Source: Chlorokybus atmophyticus (taxonomy: Eukaryota > Plantae > Mesostigma and Chlorokybus algae). From it: a DNA stretch of 64,000 bases. Every line of letters starts with the position of its first letter. The stretch's first letter is position 1. Location of the stretch: contig RHPI01000026.1 of assembly GCA_009103225.1 (NCBI GenBank), forward strand, positions 815,103-879,102, in the 5' to 3' direction. The notes under the pieces are model-generated. The model worked only from the letters and a program-made list of their open reading frames with translations, searched no databases and was not told the DNA's origin. Both the position numbers and the translations under genes were made by a program. Shown here one piece after another: positions 1-10,799 of this stretch.

Positions 1-1029
1 TGCATAAAGACGGTGATTGAGGGCTTGCGCTTGCGTACGTGAATAGGCGTCCTTTGCATAAGAGAAGGGCATCAAGATTTGGTGCAGCGGATCTTGCCGG
101 CGTTTCTGTTGGTAAAAAGTGCACTTGTGTTGCATGTACGGAGGACCAGCCGGTGAGCCGTGTCTTCCCACATGATGTACACTTCGTCGGTGCCTGCTGG
201 TGATAACCTCAAAGGCGAAGTCACTCACAGCGTCTGCACGAAAGGAGAGAACAACCTCAGCTTCAGAACTACACCGGAATTCCTGGTTGTGTGCATGTGC
301 ACGAGGCAGCACAGTGTGGACTTGCCGTATGGAGGCAAAGGAGTGGCCTTCACGGGCAGGATGGCCGAGCTAGCGTTGCAACCTGCATAGTGGATGCTTG
401 ACGACTGCTCCATCGACACATGCTAAGCGGTCATGACAGGGCCGCCATCAGAAAGCGTGTTATGCATGCTCAACCTTGATCTACTTTCAACACATTGGAT
501 CCAAACAACATACAGTGACCAATGCGAGCAAGCTTGCAAGCAAGGAATCCACTTCTTACCCAAAAGGGACGTCCAAGGCTGGGCGGCGTCCGCCAATGCA
601 GGAGCGGGAGCCGAGTTTAAGGATATGCCAATGCAGCATACCAGCACCACAAGCGAGCCACAGGCGGCCCTCTGGATATTTTTCGTGGAGTTGGACAGAG
701 TTTGTGGGTGGTAGTGGGTGCGCAAAATGCATACAGACTGGTGGACCTGGCAGGGGCCATGGCTCAGCAGGCGCGTGTGCACATGCGCACCCACCCGCTC
801 ACCCATTCACAGCGCATGCCTTACTTAGGACATAATGCCGCTAAGTTGCGCATGCGGTCAACCAAACACCACCACTGATCCTTCGGCTTGCTGTTGTGCA
901 CGCACCTTCATGCTCGCCATGCCGGTCGGGGAGTTGATGGACACAGGCGCTACCAGCTTGCACGCCGCCGCCGGCAACTCCAAGCTCAACAACCTACTCA
1001 AGAAGCTTCCATGCTCATGCTCATGCTCA

Positions 1030-1082
<53 letters not shown>

Positions 1083-1100
1083 ATGCTCACACCCTTGCTT
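1..1100 (-). pseudogene. Degenerate inverted paralog of the secreted Cys-rich protein at 5991-10118 (5' part only; runs off the window start)
   Basis: Minus-strand exons align with the intact gene (CNASSAILPVKATPLPPY vs CNASTAILPVKASPLPLY; PAGTDEVYIMWEDTAHRLVLRTCNTSALFTNRNAGKIRCTK vs PAGTDEVYILSGDNMNRLYLRACNTSAVFTNNNNAGRIRCTK). The start ATG is changed to GTG. There is a 2-nt deletion (ATCACCAGCAGG vs ATCACACCAGCAGG), a 1-nt deletion after CTK, and a frameshift/stop in the signal-peptide exon. Confidence 0.8.
1010..1088. repeat. Hexamer tandem repeat (CATGCT/CGTGCT)n, about 13 units
   Basis: Directly visible; the paralogous position near 5468 has only about 3 units. Confidence 0.95.
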
Positions 1101-1670
1101 TGTGCGCATGCCTGTACCTTGAAGTAATACGCCTGCCTCCTGAGAATGGTGAGAGAGAAAGTTTCGCACGTTTCTCGTTTGCTTGCCCCTGTCGCAGTAC
1201 GGCTTGGCGCCTGATGTAGTGAGGGTCATGATGGCAGTAGACTGTAATCTGGTACAAACGCTGCGCGTGGCCAAAGGCTAGGAGCACAAACCTAGGTAGG
1301 CAGCTAGGCTTGTGCTACATGCTAGCACTGCTGCTGCTGGTCATTTGGCCACCGTACCAGGCTGCTACCTCTGCACCGTGCAACGCAGGCTATGCTGCAA
1401 GTTGCATTGTATCTTCGTTAGAAAGAGCACTAGTGCGTTATACCCGTGGCACAACCACGGGTTCCACGGTGGTTGTACATTTTTTGTGCTGTTACCATGG
1501 GGTTCGGGGGGGGGCTCACCCTAACCAACTAGAGATTGTGCGGCATGGTTGTTGCCTCACAAGTCTTGTGCATTTGGTACGCAGCTGAAGTTGATTGTCG
1601 TAGATGCACCACATTAAAATTAGGGGGGCAAGCAAAGTGCATCCATCGTGCGTGTTCAAATGCAGGACCC

Positions 1671-1831
1671 CTAGCCAATCTCTGTAACGGCATTGCTAAG
1701 ACAACGACACGGCACCCTTTGGCCACCCCACTGATAATAGGCAGTCACTGTAGACATGCCAATCTAGCCAATCTCTGTAACGGCATTGCTAAGACAACGA
1801 CACTGCAACTTTTGGCCACCCCAGTGATAAT
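1671..1831. repeat. Two degenerate direct copies of a ~68-bp unit (1671-1739, 1764-1831)
   Basis: CTAGCCAATCTCTGTAACGGCATTGCTAAGACAACGACAC...GGCCACCCCA occurs twice. Confidence 0.9.
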
Positions 1832-2336
1832 NGTAATGACCATTACCACTATCATGTATACACACATCATGTGTACATGCGCAGCTTTTATGACACATAC
1901 CTTCTATATCACACCACTTCAAGTATACGATACAGAATACGTGCATGCATCATCGTATTATCATTAAATGATACATTATGCATCGCACATATAATACATT
2001 ATGCGATGCATAATGTATTATATGTGGGCATAATGGGGGCCACCTGCGCAGGATCGTTTAAAGAACAGTTATAAAAGCGTGTATTGGGCATTATAAACTC
2101 GTAGTGATGTATTTGTTTCTTGAGGCAATCGTGCAACCTGCAATCCCATGCTATGGTGTGTTGGTGTTTTTAGTAATACGGGGTGCTATCACACATGTTA
2201 ATGCATGGCATGTTTGCATGCGCATTCTGTGGCGGCATCGCACACCAGCATGCTTCATGCATAGCCACATTCAACGCTTGTAGCCCAAGGTCAGGCTTTA
2301 TGCTTTCTCGTCTCACTTCTATGCCATCGAATGAGA

Positions 2337-2635
2337 TGCGGGTAGATGAAGTAGGTGAGTCGTCGTGTGTACAGATGTTGCGGCGTCTGTGCTACCGTTA
2401 TTGCTGCAGAGGGGATGTACATGCTGCGGGTAGATGAAGTAGGTGAGTCGTCGTGTGTACAGATGTGTCGTCGTGTGTACAGATGTTTCGGCGTCTGTGC
2501 TACCGTTATTGCAGAGGGGATGTACATGCTGCGGGTAGATGAAGTAGGTGAGTCACCTATTTCATCTACCCGCAGCATGTACATCCCCTCTGCAGCAATA
2601 ACGGTAGCACAGACGCCGCAACATCTGTACACACG
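2337..2635. repeat. Tandem ~85-bp units ending in a fold-back palindrome (arms 2472-2551 and 2553-2635, 1-nt centre at 2552)
   Basis: GCGGGTAGATGAAGTAGGTGAGTC occurs three times, then the reverse complement TCACCTATTTCATCTACCCGC...TGTACACACG follows. Confidence 0.95.
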
Positions 2636-2749
2636 GTGCGTGCGTATGTGCGTGCATTGCAGTGTAGACCATGACACACATGACGGCATGCGTTGCGAGT
2701 CACAAACTCTGAGGCACGACATGCATTATAGGTGCATCACGCATCACAT

Positions 2750-3160
2750 ATTATGCATAATAATAATAATGATTATCGTCATACTTAAAGCAGACATGTT
2801 CAGCAATATACACATGCACAAATACACGTACTACCTGACGTAGATGGCTATTATACCTCTTACATTTGCTATTGCTGTTCCAATTGTACGGCTCCTATAA
2901 CACAACCACCACTGTAGCGCTCACAATGGGTGCCACCCATCGTGCACACATAGCAATGTGCATTATAATAATAACAATTATTGTCATGCTTAAAGCAAAT
3001 ATCTATACATACACATGCACAAATATACGTAATACCGATGCAATATGACTATCATATCTTTTACATTTACTACTGCTGTATCAACTCAACATCTGCCGCA
3101 TCGCGACCACTGCTGTAGTGGTCACAATGGGTGCCACCCATTGTGCGCGTATATCATTGT
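2750..3160. repeat. Diverged ~200-bp tandem duplication (approximate boundaries)
   Basis: Shared blocks TACACATGCACAAATA, TTACATTT and CACAATGGGTGCCACCCAT appear in both halves. Confidence 0.75.
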
Positions 3161-5990
3161 GAATATGGTTACACATTCTTACGCAATATGCGTTGTGGCT
3201 TGACACAATGCATTTATATAAAATTGAATGCTACGTAAATATAATTGATTGTCACACACATGCTGGTATGCGCATGTTGCTTAGTCTAGCTAGCATGTGC
3301 GTGTTGCTTGACCTGCATGCACGCAATGCATGTTGAATCTTTGTACACACACTCGCACAATCCCTCATGCAGCTTTTGTCCTCCACCGCCGCCGCAACTG
3401 CGACCTGCCGCCAAGCGTAAACTGCGACGGATGACGCGCGGCGCAGGCACCTGCTTACTGGCACACCAGGGCGCTGGTTTGCCGTCGGTAGGCTTCACCA
3501 CTGCAAGTGGTGTCGCCCAATGCACTCCATCCGAATGATAAATCTGTCTGGCTTCCAGGCCGTATCCGGCAGCGCGGTAAGGCAATGCGGACGGCTTTTA
3601 TAAATTTCAGCCGCCACGTGGCGCGCGTACGAAAATGCAGACATGCAACGCTTTCAATAATGTTAGTGATTAGTGATCCCTTTTTATCCTGCGCCAACTG
3701 TGCTTTCAACGGGGATGCTCTAAGTGTGAAAAATTTGATATGCTCTTGACTTCAACCGGAGGAGAATGCGAGCCCATTGCGCCAAACGGGGCAGCCCTAC
3801 TCATCATAGTTGTGGCACGCCTTATTTTAACATATTTCCAGCGCTTATAGCTTGTACTCTTGCCTTTATATGTTATGTTCAATATGGCTGTTGACCTAGT
3901 AATGGTGAGCGAAGAGTGCGACAGTGTAACAATGCTCGTGCTCATATGCACAGCACACCAGTCATACAACAAGTGTGGGCAAGTACTACTATGCTTAGTA
4001 AGCACAGTCTTGACACGAGAACCTTGCCTTCCTCCGCGCATGCACGCACGCATCAAGCACACACACGAACACTACTACTTCTCACGCCAAGTCAGAACGC
4101 AGCAGTGTGCCTTGGATCACAACTCTCTCAAGCATACACCAGCATACCACAGCAGAGAGCAGAAAGCAAAGTTGGTTGTAGTACACAGGGTTTTCCTATT
4201 TATATCAGCACCAAAACTAAGCAGGTAGTAACCAGGCGTTTTGTTCATGATTTACCAAATCTAAAGGACTGTATAAGTGCAGGCTGCTGCCCCTCGTCGG
4301 GTACCTTTCACGCGGCAGCTGACTGTGCACTCCGCGTCGTAAGGTACTGCACATGCACAGTGGTAGCTGACGAAGTCCGCGTCACCTGACATTGCCTAGT
4401 CAGGTGCACTGTCACATGCCGCGGCAGTCATGTCGCTACTGGCTAGGCGGCAAGCAGGTCGCAGGCAGCTGCTGCAGAAGGCAAAATCGCGCGCTGCAGT
4501 AGAGCCGGCGCCAGAAGGGCCTAATAAAGCCTTGAAAAACCCTTTGTTAAGCCAGAAAAGGGGGCAAAACACATACTATACATGCAGTAAAATAATCAAA
4601 AGGGTCTAGGCTGTTACAGACAGTATCACAGTAACGTTTAGCATCCGCGCTTGTGTTCAATGGCGTTACTGTGAGCATGGGCGTCACCGAACTGAACCTG
4701 ATCAAACCATTGACTTCGTATGCCAAGCATGTGAAAAAAATTGTGAAACATCAAGTTTATAACAACGAGGGTTATGATGGTTCGTATGATACATGTGCGT
4801 GCAACTATTTTCGACGTATTACAAAGCATGCGTTCAAGAAAGGTGTGGGGGGTATTGATGCATTGCATTGATTCATTTGTGCGCACATAATGTCAACGTA
4901 CAACTGGCACGTATAATCGTAGTAGTAACTATTTATATATGGAATGTGATGACATATAATAAGTAATTTAAAAAATGATGTGGCAAAGCTATTAAGAATA
5001 ATAGCTAATGACGTGTTAGATTGCATCTTTTGATGTTTGAGCGTTTATATACGTACGCCTCCATGCGATAAAATCTCAGCAACGCGATAGACACTATTGA
5101 AGCTGATCATGTATGTATCTGTGTAAGATGTTTGAGCTTGTGTTGAGCTTAAGCTTAATTGCATACATTACCCATCGAGCAAAAGAGGGTTCATTTTCTT
5201 TTGGTTGAAGAGAAACATGCGAAATGAAGGGTGGTCCGTGTCTCGGACCGCAAGCTACGTACTCTAAATGTACTTTCTTGCCATGCGCATCACCCGTACA
5301 ATGTAATGAAGGGTGGTCGGTGCCTCAGACCGCAAGCTACGGACTCTAGCAGTACGGTCTGTGTGTACTTTCTTGCCATGTTGCCCCAGACGCAAAGCCC
5401 GTAGCACGACACAGGGCCAAGGCTGAACCTTTTGCCGTCAGAATGCGCCGTGGAAGCCGGCCGCTAGGCATGAGCATGAGCATGAGCAGCATAGCGCAAG
5501 CTGGCCAGTGAGCTTGAACCTCTTGGAGCTGCTGGAGGTGGCGGCGGCGGCTTGGGGAGCAAGCTGGCGAGCGCCCGCGGTTCAGCAAGTTGAGCTGACT
5601 GGCATGACCAGCATGAAGGTGCGTGCGCAGTGGTGTTTGAATGGATGGCGTGCGCAGCACAAGTTAAGGGTGAAACCTTTCCACCGCTAAGTTATGCAGC
5701 GCATGGCTTGAGCTGTTTCTGGGTGAACGTGGGTGGAACAGTGCGTGCGTGCTTGCGTGCGTGCGTGCGTGTGCAAAGCCATGGCTCCTGCCAGTTTCAC
5801 CACCAGTCTGCATGCCTCTGCGCACCATGCTCACGCACAAACTCTGAGTTGGCCTAGAACTATGTGCAGAGGGCCTCCTGCAGCGCGCTGGCTGTGCTGG
5901 TGTGCTGCCTTTGCATCTGTTTGGGCTCCGCTCCCATACCTGCGTTGGGGGACGCCGCCCAGCCTTGGATATCTCTTCTGGGTTAAAACG

Positions 5991-8900
5991 ATGAGAAGCT
6001 TGCTTGCAGGCTTACTTGCGTTGGTCACTGTGTGTGTTTGTTCCATCCATTTTGATGCGTACTTCAAAGGTCGGCATGCATGCCACAATGTTGAGATGGC
6101 GGTCTTGTTATGATCCCTTACCAGCATGCGTTGACGGATTTGCTATGCAGGATGCAACGCCAGCACGGCCATTCTGCCCGTGAAGGCCAGTCCTTTGCCT
6201 CTATACGGCGAGCCCACATAGTGCTGCTTTATACACATGCACAGCAGCATAACTTCACTGGTGTAGCAGATCCTGAGACTGGCAATACGTTTCTCTTGCA
6301 GGCGTTTCCTCCGATGTGCAGTCTCGCGCCTTTGAGGCTATCACACCAGCAGGCACCGACGAAGTGTACATCCTGTCGGGTGACAATATGAACCGGCTTT
6401 ACCTCCGTGCGTGCAACACAAGTGCCGTATTTACCAACAACAACAACGCTGGCAGGATCCGCTGCACCAAACCCTTGCTGCCCTTCACCACCGCAAAGGA
6501 CCCATATTATGGTATGCAAACCCAAGTCCTCTCTCACCCTCGTTTTGTGTGTGTGGCACAGCGGAGAAGGTGCATGCAATGCGTGCAGATACGCACATGT
6601 GTTTATATGCATCGTGTGTGGGTGTGGGTGTGGGTGTGGGGGGTGGGGGGGGGTCTCTGTGCATATGCGTGTCACACAGTCTGTGCATGCGCCTCACATA
6701 CGCACCAAAGATTGTGTGTGCACTGTACGGCGTACAGTAGGTGCGAGGGATCATGCAGCGACGGCGGTATCGGCCAAACACCTGTTCTCTTCACAATAGA
6801 GTTGACAAACAACACCGTCGCTTTTAGCAACTACGAGCGCGTGCAGAAGGTTGCTCTGCTGCAGTGCCCCCGCGCCAACGTGACGGACGCCGTCGCGGAC
6901 GCCTGCAACTCGCGCCCGCAGTGGCACCAACCAGGCAATCAGCCATGCGGCGCGTGCGCCATCTTCGTGCCGCCCAACAACCTCCTGCCTGCTGGTGAGA
7001 AAGCTGGAGCTTGCTGTTGCTAACGTCGTCATGGTTGTCGTCATCGTTGTGATGTCGGATTGACATAGTAAGCCGAGCCGCAATACCAACTGAGATATGT
7101 GCGGGTTTTTGTGCGCGCGCGCGCATGCGCGTTCGCTGCTCAGTTACGCTCATCTGTACGGTGTGCATGCAGTGCCAGCCGGGCAGAAGTGCTTGTCTAC
7201 GGTGCAGGCGATAGCGTTGCTGGGCGACCGGCTGTACATTTTGTTATCAGTGACATGTGGTCAGTACGACAACATCAATGAGGGCCCGTGTGAGAAACCG
7301 CTTCTGCTTTCATGCAATAGCAACGCCTTCGGACTCAGCGATTGCCAGCGCGTCAGTCTCCCGTCGACCACGCCTGAAGTCCGCGACCAAGCGTCCCTCA
7401 TTGCAATCAACAATGGCACCAATGGACCAACATTATTCATATCAGCACCCTACGTCTGCTTGGGCCACAATGCATCGCTCATAAAGTGCCGGGGTTCACC
7501 TATGACATGTGTCATAGCACCCATTCCGAGCAGCGATGCTCTGTGGTGTAAGTAGTCATCATTCCTTTCTTTCATGCGACTTACCTCTAGCAACACCATC
7601 ATAAGTTGGTTTGTTGTTTGTCTTTGCAGCGCTGTACAGCTACCCGCATCCCGCGTTGACATACTATAAGTCGCAAGTGCTGCTCCTTGCGCAGTACGCC
7701 AGGTATGTAGATCAATGCGACATGCAACCACATTGCAAATGGACACGTAGGTGCTGAAGATAATCTGTTCGTTGTGTGTAGCAAGGGAGTGGGATGGGAT
7801 GTCGTCATCTGCGACGGGTCCACTCTTCAATGTGTTTCGCGCGATTTTCAGGCTCAAGCACTCGGACTCGCAGCTTTCAGCTACAGTACGCATACATGCA
7901 AGCTTGACATGCATGCATGGGCATGCTGAGTGGTAGGACATTCAGCTGTGCATGTAAGCATGCGTGTAAGCATCCTCATACGTCTGTGTGCATCAGTTCT
8001 TGTATTCAACAAGCACAAGTTCCTCATATGCTGCGTATACGACATGTTGATGGTACGCGTCATGCATGCGCGTGCGGTGTGCAGTCGTACACTTACACTG
8101 CACGGAGTATGCGCACGTCGTCGGAGTCTGCATCGCACATGCACAAACACAGACGCATGGACATGCCTGACACAAATCCGATGCGCAGTTCAGTTTGCCA
8201 TCCAAATCTTTGCGACAACATCGGGGGTGGCCATCTTAACAAATGAGGGTGGTTCAGACTTTCTGACCGAGTGTGCCCTGCCGGCTTCAACGCGCAGCCT
8301 TTGGTTCGCGCGTGGCACGTGCATTCAATACGACATTGCCACCCTTGCAAATGGTACAAGTATAAGCAATCAAATCCAGCCATGAGTGGGAGTACTGATG
8401 TCTCTTTCGCGTGCAGTTGCAGCTGATGTGTACAACACCGCGTATCCAAAGCTTGGAAACTTTGGCTTCAACAGTGCCCGCAAGGTGCTAACGACCACTC
8501 TGCTTACTACACATTACAAATCCGCCACCAACGTTTCCGCAGACCTCGTTACCATGCGTGAGTGGAACAACCTCCAAGTGCTCTGATACTTATGAAGAGT
8601 CTATGTATGCCGCGCTATGTGTGAGATTTACCTACTGACTGTTATACCAGCCGTATATCAGTCGAATGTGGCCCGTAGCTGTGCTCTCAAGGTGTATAAC
8701 AGTGTGGTACACCTTGAGAGCACAGGCCCTGTGTGCTCTCAATGATGTGACAGTATGTTGCGAGTAAGTTGGCATGCTACAGTATATTAGCATGGTTTTG
8801 GTAGGGTGCCAATCATCACTGCATGGCGTTGTTACAGCATGTAGCAAACCCAAAAGCAAAGTGACAGCAGCCAACAGACCCAACTAATACTGTGCATTGC

Positions 8901-10118
8901 CCTCATCCGCAGGACTGCCATGTCGCGCGGTCCCACCAGGTGAGTGTGCGCATCTGTACTCGTGAACAATGATTATTGCAAACCCACAGCAAATCACCCA
9001 TCCACGCATGCACGTACACACTTGTATGCGCGCGCTCACGCACGCAGGGTGTGCGGCATCGTCATGCGCGGCGCTGGGTTTCGAGTGCGGGACAGGTCTG
9101 GACTCGTGCGGGCGCGCCGTCAACTGCGGCGACACCTGCCCGCAACCCAACCAGTACTCAATTAATACCTGTTTTGGAGGTATGGCAGATACACATAAGT
9201 GGGACACAACAGCAGTGTGGCTACTACTCTGGCTCAGTGCAGTGCTGCACATCAAACAACTCAAAGGAGTACAGTATGCTACCACCATTTGCAATGTCAT
9301 TGCGAGTACCTGTAGCGAACAACAGCAGTAGCGCCAGTCGCCAGTCGCATGAATGACTGCTGTATGCTGCTGATTATGTACATCACACATGCAGCGAACT
9401 TGTTGTCAGGCTGATTTGTTGGGTTGCTGGTATGATGCATACATACAGTTGGCAGTGTAGTGGTCTACCTTTCAATGCGCTGCTCCACTACCCACTGACG
9501 CTTCTCCGTTTAGGTATCGTTCCAAACAAGTGCGGCTGCACTCCTACCATCCCTTGTGAGGAGCTCTGCGCTAAGAACAACCCTTGCAGTACTGTACACG
9601 ATTACTGTGGCAACACCTGCACCTGTACCTGCCCGCCCCCTCGAAGATGCTATGGGGGATACTGCGTCAAGCCGTGCAACACAACAGACCCCGACCCCGA
9701 TGCCGCGTACGTGCGAGTATGGTGTATGCACCTGTGTTGGCATGCATGTGAGCATGTGTGCGAGTGCGTGCGTGCGTGCGCGCACGGGTGTGAGTGTGCA
9801 ATGCATATGCGCAAGCGTACATGCAGTGCGAGCATGCTTGTGGTTGTGAGGGGTCTTACTGTGTCGTAACCTTCCAGGTGCGGCTACGACACCTTCCCGA
9901 GCATTGACTTCTATACGTACTGTGCGACCGGTTCCGATGCAAACGGAACCTTCGGCTATTGCAAGCGCGGCTGCAAGACTGACTCCGACTGTGGCGACGG
10001 AAGTCAAAACCCTTGTTGCACCGAATATGACGGTGAAGGCATCGGTTCGTGCTCGTTGTGCCCTTGCAGCTATACATATAGCGGTTACTATCCCGATTGT
10101 TACCCTGGATATCATTGA
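5991..10118 (+). CDS. Multi-exon secreted cysteine-rich protein: putative repeat/beta-propeller N-half, Cys-rich repeat C-half
   Basis: Signal-peptide-like start MRSLLAGLLALVTVCVCS. In-phase exons at 5991-6069, 6151-6207, 6302-6511, 6800-6994, ~7173-7548, 7630-7702 and onward. C-terminal CAASSCAALGFECGTGLDSCGRAVNCGDTCP and CTPTIPCEELC...CGNTCTC; stop after YPDCYPGYH at 10116-10118. The exon structure at 8500-9500 is uncertain. Confidence 0.7.
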
Positions 10119-10799
10119 TAGTCCGGTGTGGGAAAGCGAAGAGCAGCGTGCAAGCCTATGATGGTTCCTGACATAAAGTCGAGTGCGACATGTGAGCCAT
10201 GAAGTCAGGGCAACAACAACTCACATCATCAAGAACCTGCACAATGGTCCAGCGTCGTGTCCATGCCTAACGCAACAGCACAGCAACCCTACAGCGCGCT
10301 AGCGCTCTTAACTGCAACAACGCTACACCGCTCACACGGCCCCAGCGAGGACCAATGAAGTCACTCAGAGCAAGGAGCGCAAGCTGGTGACTCACATTAT
10401 TAATAGCTATGTAGTGGTATGCATGCGATGGCGCACCATCAATTTTGTACAGCAGGACGTTATTGCTTCCTGATAAAGCGAGGGAGCAGAATAAGAACTT
10501 TGGAACTGTGTCGGTAATATGCAGTGAAAGCCTGTCTTCTGCAAAGACTTCGCAACTACATAGATGCGGATGTCAAGCTTGTGCGCATCCGTCATGAGTA
10601 ACTACAGTGAGCGCTGCCATGCATGGACTGCTAACCAAAATGCAAAAAGGCCAATAGCATGACCGGAACCGGACACCAACAGGGACACTGGTTGAAGTGA
10701 GACGATCCTGGTGACTATCGCCTGTCGTGTGTTGTAATTTGCGTGCACTTGTCTTTGAAATCAACTGGATGCTCGCCATTACGTATACAAGTATCTCGC

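Noticed and set aside
858-1274. ORFs with HEHEHE, CSCSCS or MLMLVL runs
   Set aside because: These are translations of the hexamer microsatellite, which lies in the probable 5' UTR of the pseudogene.
2291-2843. ORFs with internal repeats on both strands; CRISPR-like appearance
   Set aside because: Produced by a tandem-plus-inverted repeat with no unique spacers and no cas genes; eukaryotic context.
3250-4100. Possible transposon or viral coding relic (minus strand, VEVKS.., YHSDGVHW..)
   Set aside because: Frames are interrupted and I could not match any catalytic motif with confidence.
4653-4871. Short AT-rich ORF MFNGVTVSMG...
   Set aside because: 72 aa, no splice context or recognisable domain.
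5733-5990. Upstream in-frame ATG (MAPASF...) for the secreted protein
   Set aside because: The signal-peptide-like segment starts at 5991 and the upstream stretch is not frame-conserved in the paralog; it cannot be fully excluded.
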